Below the pieces are notes generated by a model, which made no database searches, had not been told where the DNA came from, and saw nothing but the letters and a program-made list of their open reading frames with translations. Of a stretch of DNA of 64,000 bases, positions 32,415 to 43,003 are shown in pieces (the first letter of the stretch is position 1; every line of letters starts with the position of its first letter). Position numbers and translations under genes: made by a program. The stretch covers positions 1,901-65,900 of the forward strand of contig JAUXYM010000083.1 of assembly GCA_030694365.1 (NCBI GenBank), given 5' to 3'. The stretch is from Nevskia sp. (GTDB lineage Bacteria; Pseudomonadota; Gammaproteobacteria; Nevskiales; Nevskiaceae).

Positions 32415-33379
32415 ACGCGGTGATCATGTCGCGGACCATCCGCTGGGATGCCTGGCAGCTGATCGAGGAAGCCGATCGCCGGTTCCGGCGCATCTTCGTC
32501 AGCGTCGCCGTGCCGGCCTTGGCGCTGGTGGTGTTGACCCACTTTTTCTATGTCTCGCCAGAGCCCAAGCTGCCGCCGGCATTCGACAGTTCCCAGTACG
32601 TCGAACTGCTGCCGGAACCGGAAGTGAAAAAACCGGAGCCGGAAAAAAAGATCGTCGAGCCGATCAAGGAAGCACCGCCGAAGCCGGTCAAGCCGATCGA
32701 ACAAGTGAAGCCGAAGCCGATCGAAAAGCCACCGACCGTGGTCCAGGTCAAACCTGAACCGACGGCGAAGGAAGTGGCGGAAAAGTCCGGCCTGCTGGCG
32801 ATGAAGGACGCACTGAGCAGCCTGCGTGACCAGAATCTGGCCAGCGCGACCAGCGACCGGCCACTGAGTTCATCGACGATCACCTCGAAGAGCGGTATCG
32901 GCTCTGCCGCGTCGGCAGATGCCATCGCCGCATCGGCGACCGCCAACAGCGGCGGCATCCGGAACGGCAACGGCGTCACTTCATCGCAGGACGGCGTCGG
33001 CCTCGGTTCACGCAGCACCGGCAAGGTCAGCAGCCCGCTCGGGAGCGGCAACGGTCCGGCCAAAGGCGGCCCGCCAGGGCCCGATGGCGGCCGCAATGCC
33101 AGCGAAGTGCAGGCGGTGTTCGCCAGGAACCAGGGGCCGTTCTACGCAATCTTCAACCGTGCGGCGCGTGACAACGCCGATATCGGTCGCGGCAAGATCG
33201 TGGTCCGTCTGACCATAGCGCCGAACGGCTCAGTGGTCTCCTGCACGATGCTGTCGAGCAGCTACGGCGATGCCGAACTGGAGCGTAAGATCGTCGAGCG
33301 CATCAAGCTGATGAATTTCGGTGCCAAGGCTGGCCCGAATTTCACGCTGGACTATCCGCTCAACTATATTCCTCAGTAA
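32411..33379 (+). CDS. TonB-like energy transducer (GltG / AgmX-PglI C-terminal type)
   Basis: N-terminal TM, Pro/Lys/Glu linker, Gly/Ser-rich linker, C-terminal [15 protein letters not shown] domain. Confidence 0.85.
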   Translation: MNAVIMSRTIRWDAWQLIEEADRRFRRIFVSVAVPALALVVLTHFFYVSPEPKLPPAFDSSQYVELLPEPEVKKPEPEKKIVEPIKEAPPKPVKPIEQVKPKPIEKPPTVVQVKPEPTAKEVAEKSGLLAMKDALSSLRDQNLASATSDRPLSSSTITSKSGIGSAASADAIAASATANSGGIRNGNGVTSSQDGVGLGSRSTGKVSSPLGSGNGPAKGGPPGPDGGRNASEVQAVFARNQGPFYAIFNRAARDNADIGRGKIVVRLTIAPNGSVVSCTMLSSSYGDAELERKIVERIKLMNFGAKAGPNFTLDYPLNYIPQ

Positions 33380-33402
33380 ATTCAACAACGACTATAAAAA
33401 CC

Positions 33403-34200
33403 ATGGGATTTCTTCAGGGTAAAAAAGCATTGGTGACGGGCGTCGCCAGCGAACGCTCGATCGCCACCGGCATTGCCGAAGCCATGCGTCGCGAAGGTGC
33501 CGAACTGGCCTTCACCTATCAGGGCGACAAGCTCAAGAGCAGAGTCGAGGAGTTCGCCCACGGGCAAGGCTCGGATATCGTGCTGCCGCTCGATGTGACC
33601 CGCGATGCCGAGATTGCGGCGGTGTTCGATACGCTGAAATCGAAGTGGGATGGCATCGACATCGTCATTCATTCGATCGGCTTCGCGCCACGTGAACTGC
33701 TCGCCGGCGGTTATCTGGAAACCGTGACTCGCGAAGGCTATGCCCTCGCCCACGACATCAGCGCCTATTCGTTCGCGGCACTCGGCAAGGCGGCACGTCC
33801 GCTGATGCAGGGCCGCGCCGGCAGCCTGCTGACCCTGAGCTATCTCGGTGCCGAAAAAGCGGTGCCGATGTACAACGTCATGGGCCCGGCCAAGGCCAGC
33901 CTCGAAGCCAACGTGCGCTACATGGCGGCGGAACTCGGCCCGGAAGGCATCCGGGTCAACGGTATCTCGGCCGGTCCGATCAAGACGCTGGCCGCCGCCG
34001 GCATCAAGGGCTTCCGCGGCATGCTGTCCCATGCCGAAAAAGGCTCGGCACTGAAGCGCAACATCTCGATCGACGAAGTCGGCAACGCTGCGGCCTTCCT
34101 GGCGTCCGATCTGGCGTCGGGCATCACCGGTCAGATCATCTACGTCGACGCCGGTTTCAGCATCATGGGTTTCTCGCTGGACGCCGGCACGCCGGGCTGA
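33403..34200 (+). CDS. fabI: Enoyl-ACP reductase
   Basis: [30 protein letters not shown]. Confidence 0.97.
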   Translation: MGFLQGKKALVTGVASERSIATGIAEAMRREGAELAFTYQGDKLKSRVEEFAHGQGSDIVLPLDVTRDAEIAAVFDTLKSKWDGIDIVIHSIGFAPRELLAGGYLETVTREGYALAHDISAYSFAALGKAARPLMQGRAGSLLTLSYLGAEKAVPMYNVMGPAKASLEANVRYMAAELGPEGIRVNGISAGPIKTLAAAGIKGFRGMLSHAEKGSALKRNISIDEVGNAAAFLASDLASGITGQIIYVDAGFSIMGFSLDAGTPG

Positions 34201-34212
34201 TTCTCCAAGCAA

Positions 34213-34255
34213 AACAAAAAGCCCGAAGCGGACTACCCACTTCGGGCTTTTTGTT
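34213..34255. terminator. Bidirectional terminator
   Basis: AACAAAAAGCCCGAAG...CTTCGGGCTTTTTGTT between convergent genes. Confidence 0.85.
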
Positions 34256-34266
34256 GAGCCGCGAGC

Positions 34267-35517
34267 CTACAACGGCGGCTTCAGGATGTCGTGCTCGCCT
34301 TCCAGGCGGCCAATGACCACCGCACCACAGCCATCGCCGTAGACATTGACCGCCGTGCGGCACATGTCCAACGCCCGATCGACGGCGAGCAGCACGCCCA
34401 GCCCTTCGAGCGGCAGGCCGATAGTGCCGAGAATCACCGCGATCGCGACCAGGCTGGCCGAGGGAATGCCGGTCACCCCCATCGAGGTGACGACGGCCAT
34501 CGACACGATCACGAACTGGGTCGTGAAATCGAGATGCAGGCCGTAAGCCTGGGCAAGGAACATCGCGGCAGCGCACTCGTAGAGCGCGGTGCCGTCGAGA
34601 TTGATCGCCGCACCGAGCGGCAGAGTGAATCCAGAAACACGTTCGGAGACGCCTGCGCGGCTGCGCAGGCATTCCAGGGTCACCGGCAAGGTACCAGCGG
34701 AGCTGGACGTCGAGAAACCGGTCAGCAGCGCCGGCGTCATCGCTTTCAGCATTCGAATCGGTGACACCCGGCCGATCACGGCCAGCAACACCGACATCGT
34801 CACCAGCATGTGGAAGGCGAGGCCGGCGAGCGTAGCGAAGAAGAACAGCGCCAGCGGCCGGATCGCTTCGACGCCGGTCGATGAAAACGCCTTCGCCACC
34901 AGCGCATAGACGCCAATCGGCGCGAAGCGCATCACCACGCCGGTGATGCCCATCATCGTTTCGCGGACGCCGCTCCAGAAATCGCGCTGCACGTCGCCGA
35001 CGCTGCCCGGCAGACGCGCCGCGAAGATGCCGAACATCATGCTGAAGAACACCAGACCGAGCAGATCGCCGTCGGCCGCCGCCTTGATCGGGTTCGAGGT
35101 GATCATGCGATAGAAGACATCGCTGACATCGGACAGCTTCGCGCCCGATACCTGCTCGCTGACCTTGGCACTGCCGGCGGCCAGGCCGAGGATGTCCTTG
35201 GCAGGCTGGCCGTCGATGATGCCGGGCTGCACGATGTTGACCATCGCCAGGCCAACAACGACGGCGAGGACCGTGGTCAGCGTGTAGAACGCCATCGTCC
35301 GAAAACCGATGCGCGACAACGCTGCTGGCTCGTTGAAGGTCGACATGGCGACGATGATCGACGACACGATCAGCGGTACGACCACCATCTTCAGGCCATT
35401 GAGAAAGAGGCCGCCAATGAAGCCGCAGAAGCGGATCAGACTGCTGTCAGCCGACGCCAGTGCGCCGGTCAGCACCGCCAGAGCCAGCGCGATCGCGATT
35501 TGCCAATGAAGCTTCAT
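34267..35517 (-). CDS. Dicarboxylate/amino acid:cation symporter (DAACS)
   Basis: FSTSSSAGTLP, INLDGTALY, DMCRTAVNVYGD. Confidence 0.95.
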   Translation of the reverse strand: MKLHWQIAIALALAVLTGALASADSSLIRFCGFIGGLFLNGLKMVVVPLIVSSIIVAMSTFNEPAALSRIGFRTMAFYTLTTVLAVVVGLAMVNIVQPGIIDGQPAKDILGLAAGSAKVSEQVSGAKLSDVSDVFYRMITSNPIKAAADGDLLGLVFFSMMFGIFAARLPGSVGDVQRDFWSGVRETMMGITGVVMRFAPIGVYALVAKAFSSTGVEAIRPLALFFFATLAGLAFHMLVTMSVLLAVIGRVSPIRMLKAMTPALLTGFSTSSSAGTLPVTLECLRSRAGVSERVSGFTLPLGAAINLDGTALYECAAAMFLAQAYGLHLDFTTQFVIVSMAVVTSMGVTGIPSASLVAIAVILGTIGLPLEGLGVLLAVDRALDMCRTAVNVYGDGCGAVVIGRLEGEHDILKPPL

Positions 35518-35547
35518 CGCGCGGGCCCGGGCTGGCTAGCGGCCGAT

Positions 35548-37476
35548 CTAAGGAGCGACCGGCTCTTGCGCCGGCAGCTCCTTCAATTCGACCTTGATGC
35601 GCTTCTTCAAGGCCTCGTGGTAGGCGTTGAACTCGGCACCGGCACGAGCTTCACGAATGCTGGCCAGTTCACCGGCCGGCTCCGTTCCTGGCCTGAGGCT
35701 GCCATCGACCACGGTCTTGAGCGCAATGACTGCCGTCGCGCCGCCTTCGATGCTGGCTTCGCCATAGCTTGAGGTTGTCGCAGCCGGACGCGGTAGTTTG
35801 AACACTGCATCCAGCAAGGCCAGACCCAGGCCGCTGCGGCTCCGCGTGCTTGGTCCCGGTGACTGCGCGGTGAGATTCAAAGAGGTGGCCACTTCTTCGA
35901 TCGTCTTGCCCGACTTCAAGGCTTCCAGCGCCGTCTTGGCATCGGCAGCAGCCTTGGCACGCGCCTGCTCGTTGCGAAGTTCATCGCGGAGTGTTGCTTC
36001 AACTTCGGCGAGCTGGCGCTGACGTGGCGCTTCGTACTCAGCCTTGCGGACCACAACCAGACGATCGGCGTCCACCGAGATCGGCTTGGAGTTGACGCCA
36101 TCGCTAAGCACCGCCTGCGAGAACGCAGCTTCGATCACCGCCGGATTCGCCGCGATGCCAGCACCACCGGCACGCGTGAACCAGTCCGTGGTCTCGATGG
36201 TCAGGCCGAGTTCCTTGGCAACTGGCTCCAGCGAGGTATCGCTCTCGAACGCAAGCTGCTCGAGTTGCTTGCTCTTTTCCTGGATCTGCAACTGCAGTTC
36301 TTTGTTGATGTACAGATCGGTCAAGGCCTTCTGCACTTCGGCTTCCTCGAACGCCTGCGTGCGCGCGTCGTTCAACTCGGTCAGCTTGATGATGTGGAAA
36401 CCGAACTCGGTTTCGACAGGCTCGCTGGTGTCACCGGCCTTGCTCAATCCATAAAGCGCGGACTCGAACTTCGGCGGCAGCAAGCCATCACCGCGGTTGA
36501 CGATGCCGAGGTCGCCACCCTTGTTCTTGCTGCCAGGATCATCGGAAGCAGTCTTCGCCAGTTCAGCGAAATTCGCACCACTCTTGAGCTGCGCATACAG
36601 ATCACCAGCCTTCTTGCGCGCAGCTTCCTTGTCGGCGCCGAAATTGACCAGGATATGGCTGGCCTTGCGCGTTTCCGGGGTCGAGAAGCGCGTGGCTTTC
36701 TCAGCTTCATAAAGCGTCTTGAGAACGTCCGTGCTCGGCGCGGCAGCCTTGGCGAGTTTGCTCTGCGCAAGTTCGACGAACGCCAGCTTGATCCGCTCCG
36801 GGGCCTGCAGGCCGGCCTTCTTTTCCTCGTAACGTGCAGCGACCTGCTCCGGCGTCACCGTGATATCAGCCAGATACTTTGCAGGCTCGAATTGTAGATA
36901 CTGGAAATCGCGTTCCTGCTTGGAGAGCCGCAGGGCGAGCTTGGCGTCATCCACCGTCACGACAGCACTGCCGAGCACGACGTCACGCAACTGCTCGACC
37001 ATCAGGGTATCGCGCTGTTGGGCTTCGAAACTGTCAGTGGTGTAGCTGTTCTGCGCCAGCAGTTCCTTGTAGCGCTGCGCCGAGAACTTGCCGTTCTCCT
37101 GAAACGCTGGAACTACAGTCAGGTAATCACGCAGTGCGGCATCACCAGCGCGATAGCCGCTGCTCTTCGCGTGCTGCTGCAGCAAGGAGGTCTGCACCAG
37201 ATCCTGAAGCACGCTTTCCCGCATGCGCTGGGCGTTGATCTGATCTGCGCGGAAATTCTCGCCCAGCAGTTGCTGCAAACGGCGATAGCGCTGCTCGTAC
37301 GCACGGTTCAACTGATCGGCCGTGATCTTGCTGTCGCCGACCTTGGCGATCGGCGGATTGGCATTACTCTGGAAGTAGCCTTCAATGCCACTGAATGCGA
37401 ATGGAATACCAATGATGAGCAGTAGAACACCGACAATGACAGGGCCGTTAAGGCTGTCACGGATTTGCTGCATCAT
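35548..37476 (-). CDS. ppiD: Periplasmic chaperone/PPIase PpiD
   Basis: N-terminal TM, SurA-like domain, parvulin motifs ASHIL, SDDPGS..GGDLG, FGFHII; downstream of hupB. Confidence 0.9.
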   Translation of the reverse strand: MMQQIRDSLNGPVIVGVLLLIIGIPFAFSGIEGYFQSNANPPIAKVGDSKITADQLNRAYEQRYRRLQQLLGENFRADQINAQRMRESVLQDLVQTSLLQQHAKSSGYRAGDAALRDYLTVVPAFQENGKFSAQRYKELLAQNSYTTDSFEAQQRDTLMVEQLRDVVLGSAVVTVDDAKLALRLSKQERDFQYLQFEPAKYLADITVTPEQVAARYEEKKAGLQAPERIKLAFVELAQSKLAKAAAPSTDVLKTLYEAEKATRFSTPETRKASHILVNFGADKEAARKKAGDLYAQLKSGANFAELAKTASDDPGSKNKGGDLGIVNRGDGLLPPKFESALYGLSKAGDTSEPVETEFGFHIIKLTELNDARTQAFEEAEVQKALTDLYINKELQLQIQEKSKQLEQLAFESDTSLEPVAKELGLTIETTDWFTRAGGAGIAANPAVIEAAFSQAVLSDGVNSKPISVDADRLVVVRKAEYEAPRQRQLAEVEATLRDELRNEQARAKAAADAKTALEALKSGKTIEEVATSLNLTAQSPGPSTRSRSGLGLALLDAVFKLPRPAATTSSYGEASIEGGATAVIALKTVVDGSLRPGTEPAGELASIREARAGAEFNAYHEALKKRIKVELKELPAQEPVAP

Positions 37477-37533
37477 GTTTTCGGGTCTCGCAAATGAAGA
37501 GGGCGCTCTTTGAGCGCCCTCGTGTTGCATATA

Positions 37534-37610
37534 TGGCGGAGCGGACGGGACTCGAACCCGCGACCCTCGGCGTGACAGGCCGATACTCTAACCGACTGAG
37601 CTACCGCTCC
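37534..37610 (-). tRNA. tRNA-Asp(GTC)
   Basis: GGAGCGGTAGCTCAGTCGG...GTC anticodon...GGTTCGAGTCC...CCA on minus strand. Confidence 0.97.
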
Positions 37611-37645
37611 GCAGAACTACTGACTCCACTTAACGCTTATGTAAC

Positions 37646-37721
37646 TGGTGGGTGCTGAGGGGCTCGAACCCCCGACTCCCGCCGTGTAAAGGCGATGCTC
37701 TACCAGCTGAGCTAAGCACCC
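37646..37721 (-). tRNA. tRNA-Val(TAC)
   Basis: GGGTGCTTAGCTCAGCTGG...TAC anticodon...GGTTCGAGCCC...CCA. Confidence 0.97.
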
Positions 37722-37765
37722 TGTCGACCGTTACATCCGGTGAAGCTGCCCCCCCACCGAGTCAG

Positions 37766-38038
37766 CTACTTTACAGCGTCTTTCAGGGCTTTGCCAGCCT
37801 TGAATGAAGGATTTTTGCTGGCCGTGATGTTCAAGGTTGCGCCGGTCTTCGGGTTGCGTCCGGTACGTGCTGCACGCTCGCGAATTGCGAACGTACCGAA
37901 GCCGACGAGCGACACCTTGTCGTTCTCCTTGAGCGCCTTGCCGATGACTTCGACGAGCGCATCGATCGCATTGCCGGCATCGGCCTTGGTCAGGCCGGAT
38001 TGGTCGGCGACGGCCGCGATCAGTTCGGATTTGTTCAT
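37766..38038 (-). CDS. hupB: DNA-binding protein HU
   Basis: [21 protein letters not shown]; downstream of lon. Confidence 0.97.
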   Translation of the reverse strand: MNKSELIAAVADQSGLTKADAGNAIDALVEVIGKALKENDKVSLVGFGTFAIRERAARTGRNPKTGATLNITASKNPSFKAGKALKDAVK

Positions 38039-38266
38039 GTAGGTTTTTCCCCTCGGATTATTGGATCGGCATGTGCCGGTATTGACTTGGATTTTGTCAC
38101 GCCCAGCCCTGGATCCCGTGGTGGTTTGAGATCGACTTTCAGCAACGAAATCGTCGTCAGGCGTTGGAGAATCCTTATATCAAGCGGGTTTCAGAGCGTC
38201 AATTAAACTCTCGGCAGATTCAGGATTGCCGTGATTTGTGTCACTGCAATCCCGATTTCAGGCTGC

Positions 38267-40663
38267 TCAGTGCGGTCTGACACCTTCGGTGCTGGCTGGC
38301 GTCGGCGCCGCCGCACCTTCAGGAACCGGCTTCGCTTCCGGCATCCGTTCAAGGGCAATGCGCAGCACTTCCTCGACCCAGCGCACGGGTTCGATATCGA
38401 GCTTGCCCTTGATGTTGTCCGGGATCTCGGCGAGGTCCTTGACGTTCTCCTGCGGAATGATCACGGTGCGGATACCGCCGCGCTGCGCGGCCAGCAGTTT
38501 TTCCTTCAGGCCCCCGATCGGCAGCACCTCGCCACGCAAGGTGATTTCGCCGGTCATCGCGACATCTGCGCGCACTGGGATTGAGGTCAGCGCCGACACC
38601 AGCGCCGTGCACATGCCAACGCCTGCAGAGGGCCCGTCCTTCGGCGTTGCACCTTCCGGCACATGCACGTGCAGGTCATGCTTTTGATAGAAATCCGGAT
38701 CGATACCGAGCTGCTTCGCCCGCGAGCGCACCACCGTCAGCGCAGCCTGAATGGACTCTTGCATGACGGTACCCAGGCTGCCGGTCTGGGTGAGCTTGCC
38801 CTTGCCCGGCGTCAGCGCCGATTCGATGGTCAGCAGTTCGCCGCCGACCTCGGTCCAGGCCAGACCGGTGACCTGCCCGACCTGATTCGCCTCTTCGGCG
38901 CGGCCATAACGGAAGCGCGGCACGCCGAGATACTTGTCGAGATTCTTCTCGGTGACCTTCACGGTCTTGTCAGTCGGCTTCAGCAATACCTGCTTGACCA
39001 CCTTGCGCGCGATCTTCGACATCTCGCGCTCAAGGTTGCGCACGCCGGCTTCCCGCGTGTAGGTGCGGATCACTGCGCGAACGGCGGATTCGCTGATGTC
39101 GAGCTCCGTTTCGCTCAGGCCGTTTTCCTTGATCTGCTTCGGAATCAGATAACGCCTGGCGATGTTGAGCTTCTCGTCCTCGGTATAGCCCGGGATACGG
39201 ATGACTTCCATGCGGTCGAGCAACGGCCCGGGAATGTTCAGCGTGTTCGCCGTGCAGATGAACATCACATCGGACAGATCGAGATCCACTTCCAGGTAAT
39301 GATCCTGAAAGGTGTTGTTCTGCTCGGGGTCTAGCACTTCCAGCAGCGCCGATGAAGGGTCGCCGCGGAAATCCATGCTCATCTTGTCGATTTCGTCGAG
39401 CAGGAACAGCGGATTCTTGACGCCGACCTTGGTCAGGTTCTGAACGATCTTGCCCGGCAGAGAACCGATGTAGGTTCGCCGATGGCCACGAATCTCGGCT
39501 TCGTCACGAACGCCACCGAGGCTCATGCGCGCGAACTTGCGGTTGGTCGCCTGAGCGATCGAGCGACCGAGCGAAGTCTTGCCGACACCCGGTGGCCCCA
39601 CCAGGCACAGGATCGGGCCCTTGAGCTTCTTCACCCGGCTTTGTACAGCGAGATATTCAAGGATGCGTTCCTTGACCTTTTCGAGACCGTAGTGATCGGC
39701 ATCGAGCTGATCCTGCGCCTTGGGTAGATCGATGTTGGCCTTGGTGGTCTTCTTCCACGGCACCTGAGTCATCACGTCGAGATAGTTACGCACGACGGTC
39801 GCTTCCGCCGACATCGCCGGCATCATCTTCAACTTGTTCAGCTCGGCCGTGGCCTTGGTCTTGGCAGCCTTGGGCATGCCAGCCTTAGCGATCTTGCGCG
39901 CCAGCTCTTCCTGCTCGTTCGGAGCGTCCTCGAGCTCACCGAGCTCTTTCTGGATCGCCTTCATCTGCTCGTTGAGGTAGTACTCGCGCTGGTTCTTCTC
40001 CATCTGCTGCTTGACCCGTCCGCGAATCTTCTTCTCGATCTGCAGGATGTCGATCTCGCCTTCCAGCTGGGCCAGCACATACTCCAGACGCGGCTTCGGA
40101 TCGCCGATCTCGAGCACCTTCTGCTTGTCTTCGAGCTTCAGCGACAGGTGCGCGGCAATGGCATCGGCCAGGCGACCCGGCGAATCCATGCTGGTCAGGC
40201 TCGGCAGCAGTTCGGCCGGCACCTTCTTGTTGAGCTTGACGTACTGCTCGAAGGTGGCAACCGCTGCGCGCATCACCGCGTCGGCTTCGCTGCCACTGGA
40301 ACCGCTTTCGTCCGGCGGAATCATCGTGAACTCGGCGGTCAGATAATCGCCGGTCATTTCCAGCTTGGTGACGCGCGCGCGCTGGGCACCTTCGACCAGC
40401 ACCTTGACGGTGCCATCGGGCAGCTTCAGCAATTGAAGAATCGAGGCCAGCGTGCCGGTGTCATAGAGATCGTCGACACCGGGCTCATCGGTATCGGCGT
40501 GCTTCTGCGCCACCAGCAGGATGCGCTTGCCATCCTGCATTGCCGCCGTCAGCGCCTTGACCGATTTCTCGCGGCCGACGAACAGCGGAATCGCCATGTG
40601 GGGATACACCACCACATCGCGCAGGGGCAGCACAGGAGTCACAGCTTCATGGGTTCCGGACAC
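38267..40663 (-). CDS. lon: ATP-dependent protease La
   Basis: [32 protein letters not shown]. Confidence 0.98.
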   Translation of the reverse strand: MSGTHEAVTPVLPLRDVVVYPHMAIPLFVGREKSVKALTAAMQDGKRILLVAQKHADTDEPGVDDLYDTGTLASILQLLKLPDGTVKVLVEGAQRARVTKLEMTGDYLTAEFTMIPPDESGSSGSEADAVMRAAVATFEQYVKLNKKVPAELLPSLTSMDSPGRLADAIAAHLSLKLEDKQKVLEIGDPKPRLEYVLAQLEGEIDILQIEKKIRGRVKQQMEKNQREYYLNEQMKAIQKELGELEDAPNEQEELARKIAKAGMPKAAKTKATAELNKLKMMPAMSAEATVVRNYLDVMTQVPWKKTTKANIDLPKAQDQLDADHYGLEKVKERILEYLAVQSRVKKLKGPILCLVGPPGVGKTSLGRSIAQATNRKFARMSLGGVRDEAEIRGHRRTYIGSLPGKIVQNLTKVGVKNPLFLLDEIDKMSMDFRGDPSSALLEVLDPEQNNTFQDHYLEVDLDLSDVMFICTANTLNIPGPLLDRMEVIRIPGYTEDEKLNIARRYLIPKQIKENGLSETELDISESAVRAVIRTYTREAGVRNLEREMSKIARKVVKQVLLKPTDKTVKVTEKNLDKYLGVPRFRYGRAEEANQVGQVTGLAWTEVGGELLTIESALTPGKGKLTQTGSLGTVMQESIQAALTVVRSRAKQLGIDPDFYQKHDLHVHVPEGATPKDGPSAGVGMCTALVSALTSIPVRADVAMTGEITLRGEVLPIGGLKEKLLAAQRGGIRTVIIPQENVKDLAEIPDNIKGKLDIEPVRWVEEVLRIALERMPEAKPVPEGAAAPTPASTEGVRPH

Positions 40664-40723
40664 GGCTTGAACCTCGGGTCGTCGTGGAATGCTTCGATAT
40701 TGGAATTATGCGCCTAGCAGGTG

Positions 40724-40750
40724 ATGAGTCCGTCAACGGTGCTTTTCAAG
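40724..40750 (-). promoter_or_regulatory. Putative sigma-32 promoter of lon
   Basis: Minus strand CTTGAAA-N14-ACTCAT. Confidence 0.55.
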
Positions 40751-40817
40751 CGCAGGCGAGCAGCAGCAAGGCAAAAAAGCCGACGGCTCATCGGTCAAGA
40801 AACAGAACGACAGCCAG

Positions 40818-40851
40818 AAAAAAGGCGCGCCGCGATCACTCGTGGCGCGCC
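40818..40851 (-). terminator. Intrinsic terminator of clpX
   Basis: GGCGCGCC stem with six-T tract on minus strand. Confidence 0.7.
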
Positions 40852-40869
40852 CGATTCACGTCAGCCCGA

Positions 40870-42147
40870 TCAGGCGCTGTTCTTGACGTCGCGGCGCGGC
40901 GCTTCGAGGTTCTCGTAGACGATGAATGGCTTGGCCTCGCCCTTCGCAACCGACTCATCGACCACCACCTTCGACACGTTGGTCATCGACGGCAGGTCGT
41001 ACATCACGTCGAGCAGGATGTTCTCGAGAATTGTGCGCAGGCCACGCGCGCCGGTCTTGCGATCACGTGCCTTACGGGCGATCGCGTTGAGCGCGTCCTC
41101 GCGGAACTCCAGGACGCAGCCTTCCATCTGGAACAACTTGGCAAACTGCTTGACCAGCGCGTTCTTCGGTTCCTTGAGGATCGAGATCAGCGCCGCTTCG
41201 TCCAGTTCTTCCAGCACGGCGAGCACCGGCAGACGGCCGACGAACTCAGGAATCAAACCGTAGCGAATCAGATCTTCCGGCTCGACACCGAGCAGCATCC
41301 GGCTGACCTGATGGCTGTCCTTCAACGACTTCACATCGGCACCAAAACCAATGCCGGTCTTCTCGGTACGGTTCTGGATCACCTTGTCGAGACCGGCAAA
41401 CGCACCGCCGCAGATGAACAGGATGCCGGCCGTGTTGACCTGCAGGAACTCCTGCTGCGGATGCTTGCGGCCACCCTGCGGCGGCACGCTGGCGATGGTG
41501 CCTTCGATCAGCTTCAGCAGCGCCTGCTGCACCCCTTCGCCGGACACGTCACGAGTGATCGACGGGTTTTCGCTCTTGCGCGAAATCTTGTCGATCTCAT
41601 CGATGTAGACGATGCCGCGCTGCGCCTTTTCGACATCGTAATCGCACTTCTGCAGCAGACGCTGAATGATGTTCTCGACGTCCTCACCGACATAGCCGGC
41701 TTCGGTCAGGGTCGTCGCATCGGCGATCGCGAACGGCACATCGAGCAGACGGGCCAGGGTTTCGGCGAGCAGCGTCTTGCCGGAACCGGTCGGCCCGATC
41801 AGCAGGATGTTCGACTTCGACAGCTCCACGCCATCGCTGGAGCCCTTCTGGCTCAGGCGCTTGTAATGGTTGTAGACGGCGACCGACAGCACTTTCTTGG
41901 CCTGATCCTGGCCAATCACGTACTCGTCCAGCACCGCGCGGATTTCCTGCGGCTTCGGCAGGCCTTTGATCTGCGGCTTGGCGTGGACTTCCTCGCGGAT
42001 GATGTCGTTGCACAAATCGACGCATTCGTCGCAGATGTAAACCGACGGACCCGCGATCAGCTTGCGGACTTCGTGCTCGCTCTTACCGCAGAACGAGCAA
42101 TACAGCACGCGACCACCCTGGGTGCTGCTGCGTACGTTGTCAGGCAT
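40870..42147 (-). CDS. clpX: ClpX ATPase
   Basis: CSFCGK..ICDEC zinc finger, [19 protein letters not shown] loop; start trimmed to MPDNV. Confidence 0.98.
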   Translation of the reverse strand: MPDNVRSSTQGGRVLYCSFCGKSEHEVRKLIAGPSVYICDECVDLCNDIIREEVHAKPQIKGLPKPQEIRAVLDEYVIGQDQAKKVLSVAVYNHYKRLSQKGSSDGVELSKSNILLIGPTGSGKTLLAETLARLLDVPFAIADATTLTEAGYVGEDVENIIQRLLQKCDYDVEKAQRGIVYIDEIDKISRKSENPSITRDVSGEGVQQALLKLIEGTIASVPPQGGRKHPQQEFLQVNTAGILFICGGAFAGLDKVIQNRTEKTGIGFGADVKSLKDSHQVSRMLLGVEPEDLIRYGLIPEFVGRLPVLAVLEELDEAALISILKEPKNALVKQFAKLFQMEGCVLEFREDALNAIARKARDRKTGARGLRTILENILLDVMYDLPSMTNVSKVVVDESVAKGEAKPFIVYENLEAPRRDVKNSA

Positions 42148-42294
42148 TTCCAACCTCAATCAAGGTTCTTGAATTCTTATAGCATCATGTCGTATGACAG
42201 CAAAACGACTGCAAGTTCTGTTCGCAGTCAGGCCCGGGTAACGTCAACTTGTCGACACGGGGTCGACGCGGGCCTGAAATGCTGCAGACCGCAG

Positions 42295-42918
42295 TCAGTT
42301 TGCGACGGGAGCCTGGGCCCGCTTGTCGATGATGGTGTCGATCAGACCGTAAGCCTTGGCCTGCTCGGAGTTCATGAAATAGTCGCGCTCGACATCGGTC
42401 GCGACTTTTTCGATCGTCTGGCCACAGTGATCGGCCATCAGACGGTTCAGCTTTTCCCGCAGATAGAGGATTTCCCGTGCCTGGATCTCGATGTCGGTCG
42501 CCTGGCCCTGGGCGCCGCCGGACGGCTGGTGAATCATCATTCGAGAATTCGGCAGCGCAAAACGCTTGCCCTTGGTGCCGGCCGACAGCAGGAAGGCACC
42601 CATGCTGGCCGCCTGGCCGATGCACATCGTCGACACGTCCGGCTTGATGAACTTCATGGTGTCGTAGATCGACAGGCCCGAAGTGATCACGCCACCCGGC
42701 GAGTTGATGTACAGGTGTATGTCCTTGTCCGGGTTCTCCGATTCAAGGAACAGCAGCTGAGCGACGACAAGGTTGGCCATGTAGTCGTCGATCGGGCCGA
42801 CGATGAACACGACGCGCTCCTTCAGCAGGCGCGAGTAGATGTCATACGCGCGTTCGCCGCGGGCGGTCTGCTCGACCACCATCGGGACCAGCTGCGAGCG
42901 GTTGCGGAGGTCAGTCAT
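42295..42918 (-). CDS. clpP: ClpP protease
   Basis: [28 protein letters not shown]. Confidence 0.98.
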   Translation of the reverse strand: MTDLRNRSQLVPMVVEQTARGERAYDIYSRLLKERVVFIVGPIDDYMANLVVAQLLFLESENPDKDIHLYINSPGGVITSGLSIYDTMKFIKPDVSTMCIGQAASMGAFLLSAGTKGKRFALPNSRMMIHQPSGGAQGQATDIEIQAREILYLREKLNRLMADHCGQTIEKVATDVERDYFMNSEQAKAYGLIDTIIDKRAQAPVAN

Positions 42919-43003
42919 CGGATTTCCAGGTTAAGGGTCAAGTTGGGCAACCGTTCCGACGCTCAAGCGGTCGGAACGGTCGCGTGCAGATTGCTCCGCA
43001 CCA

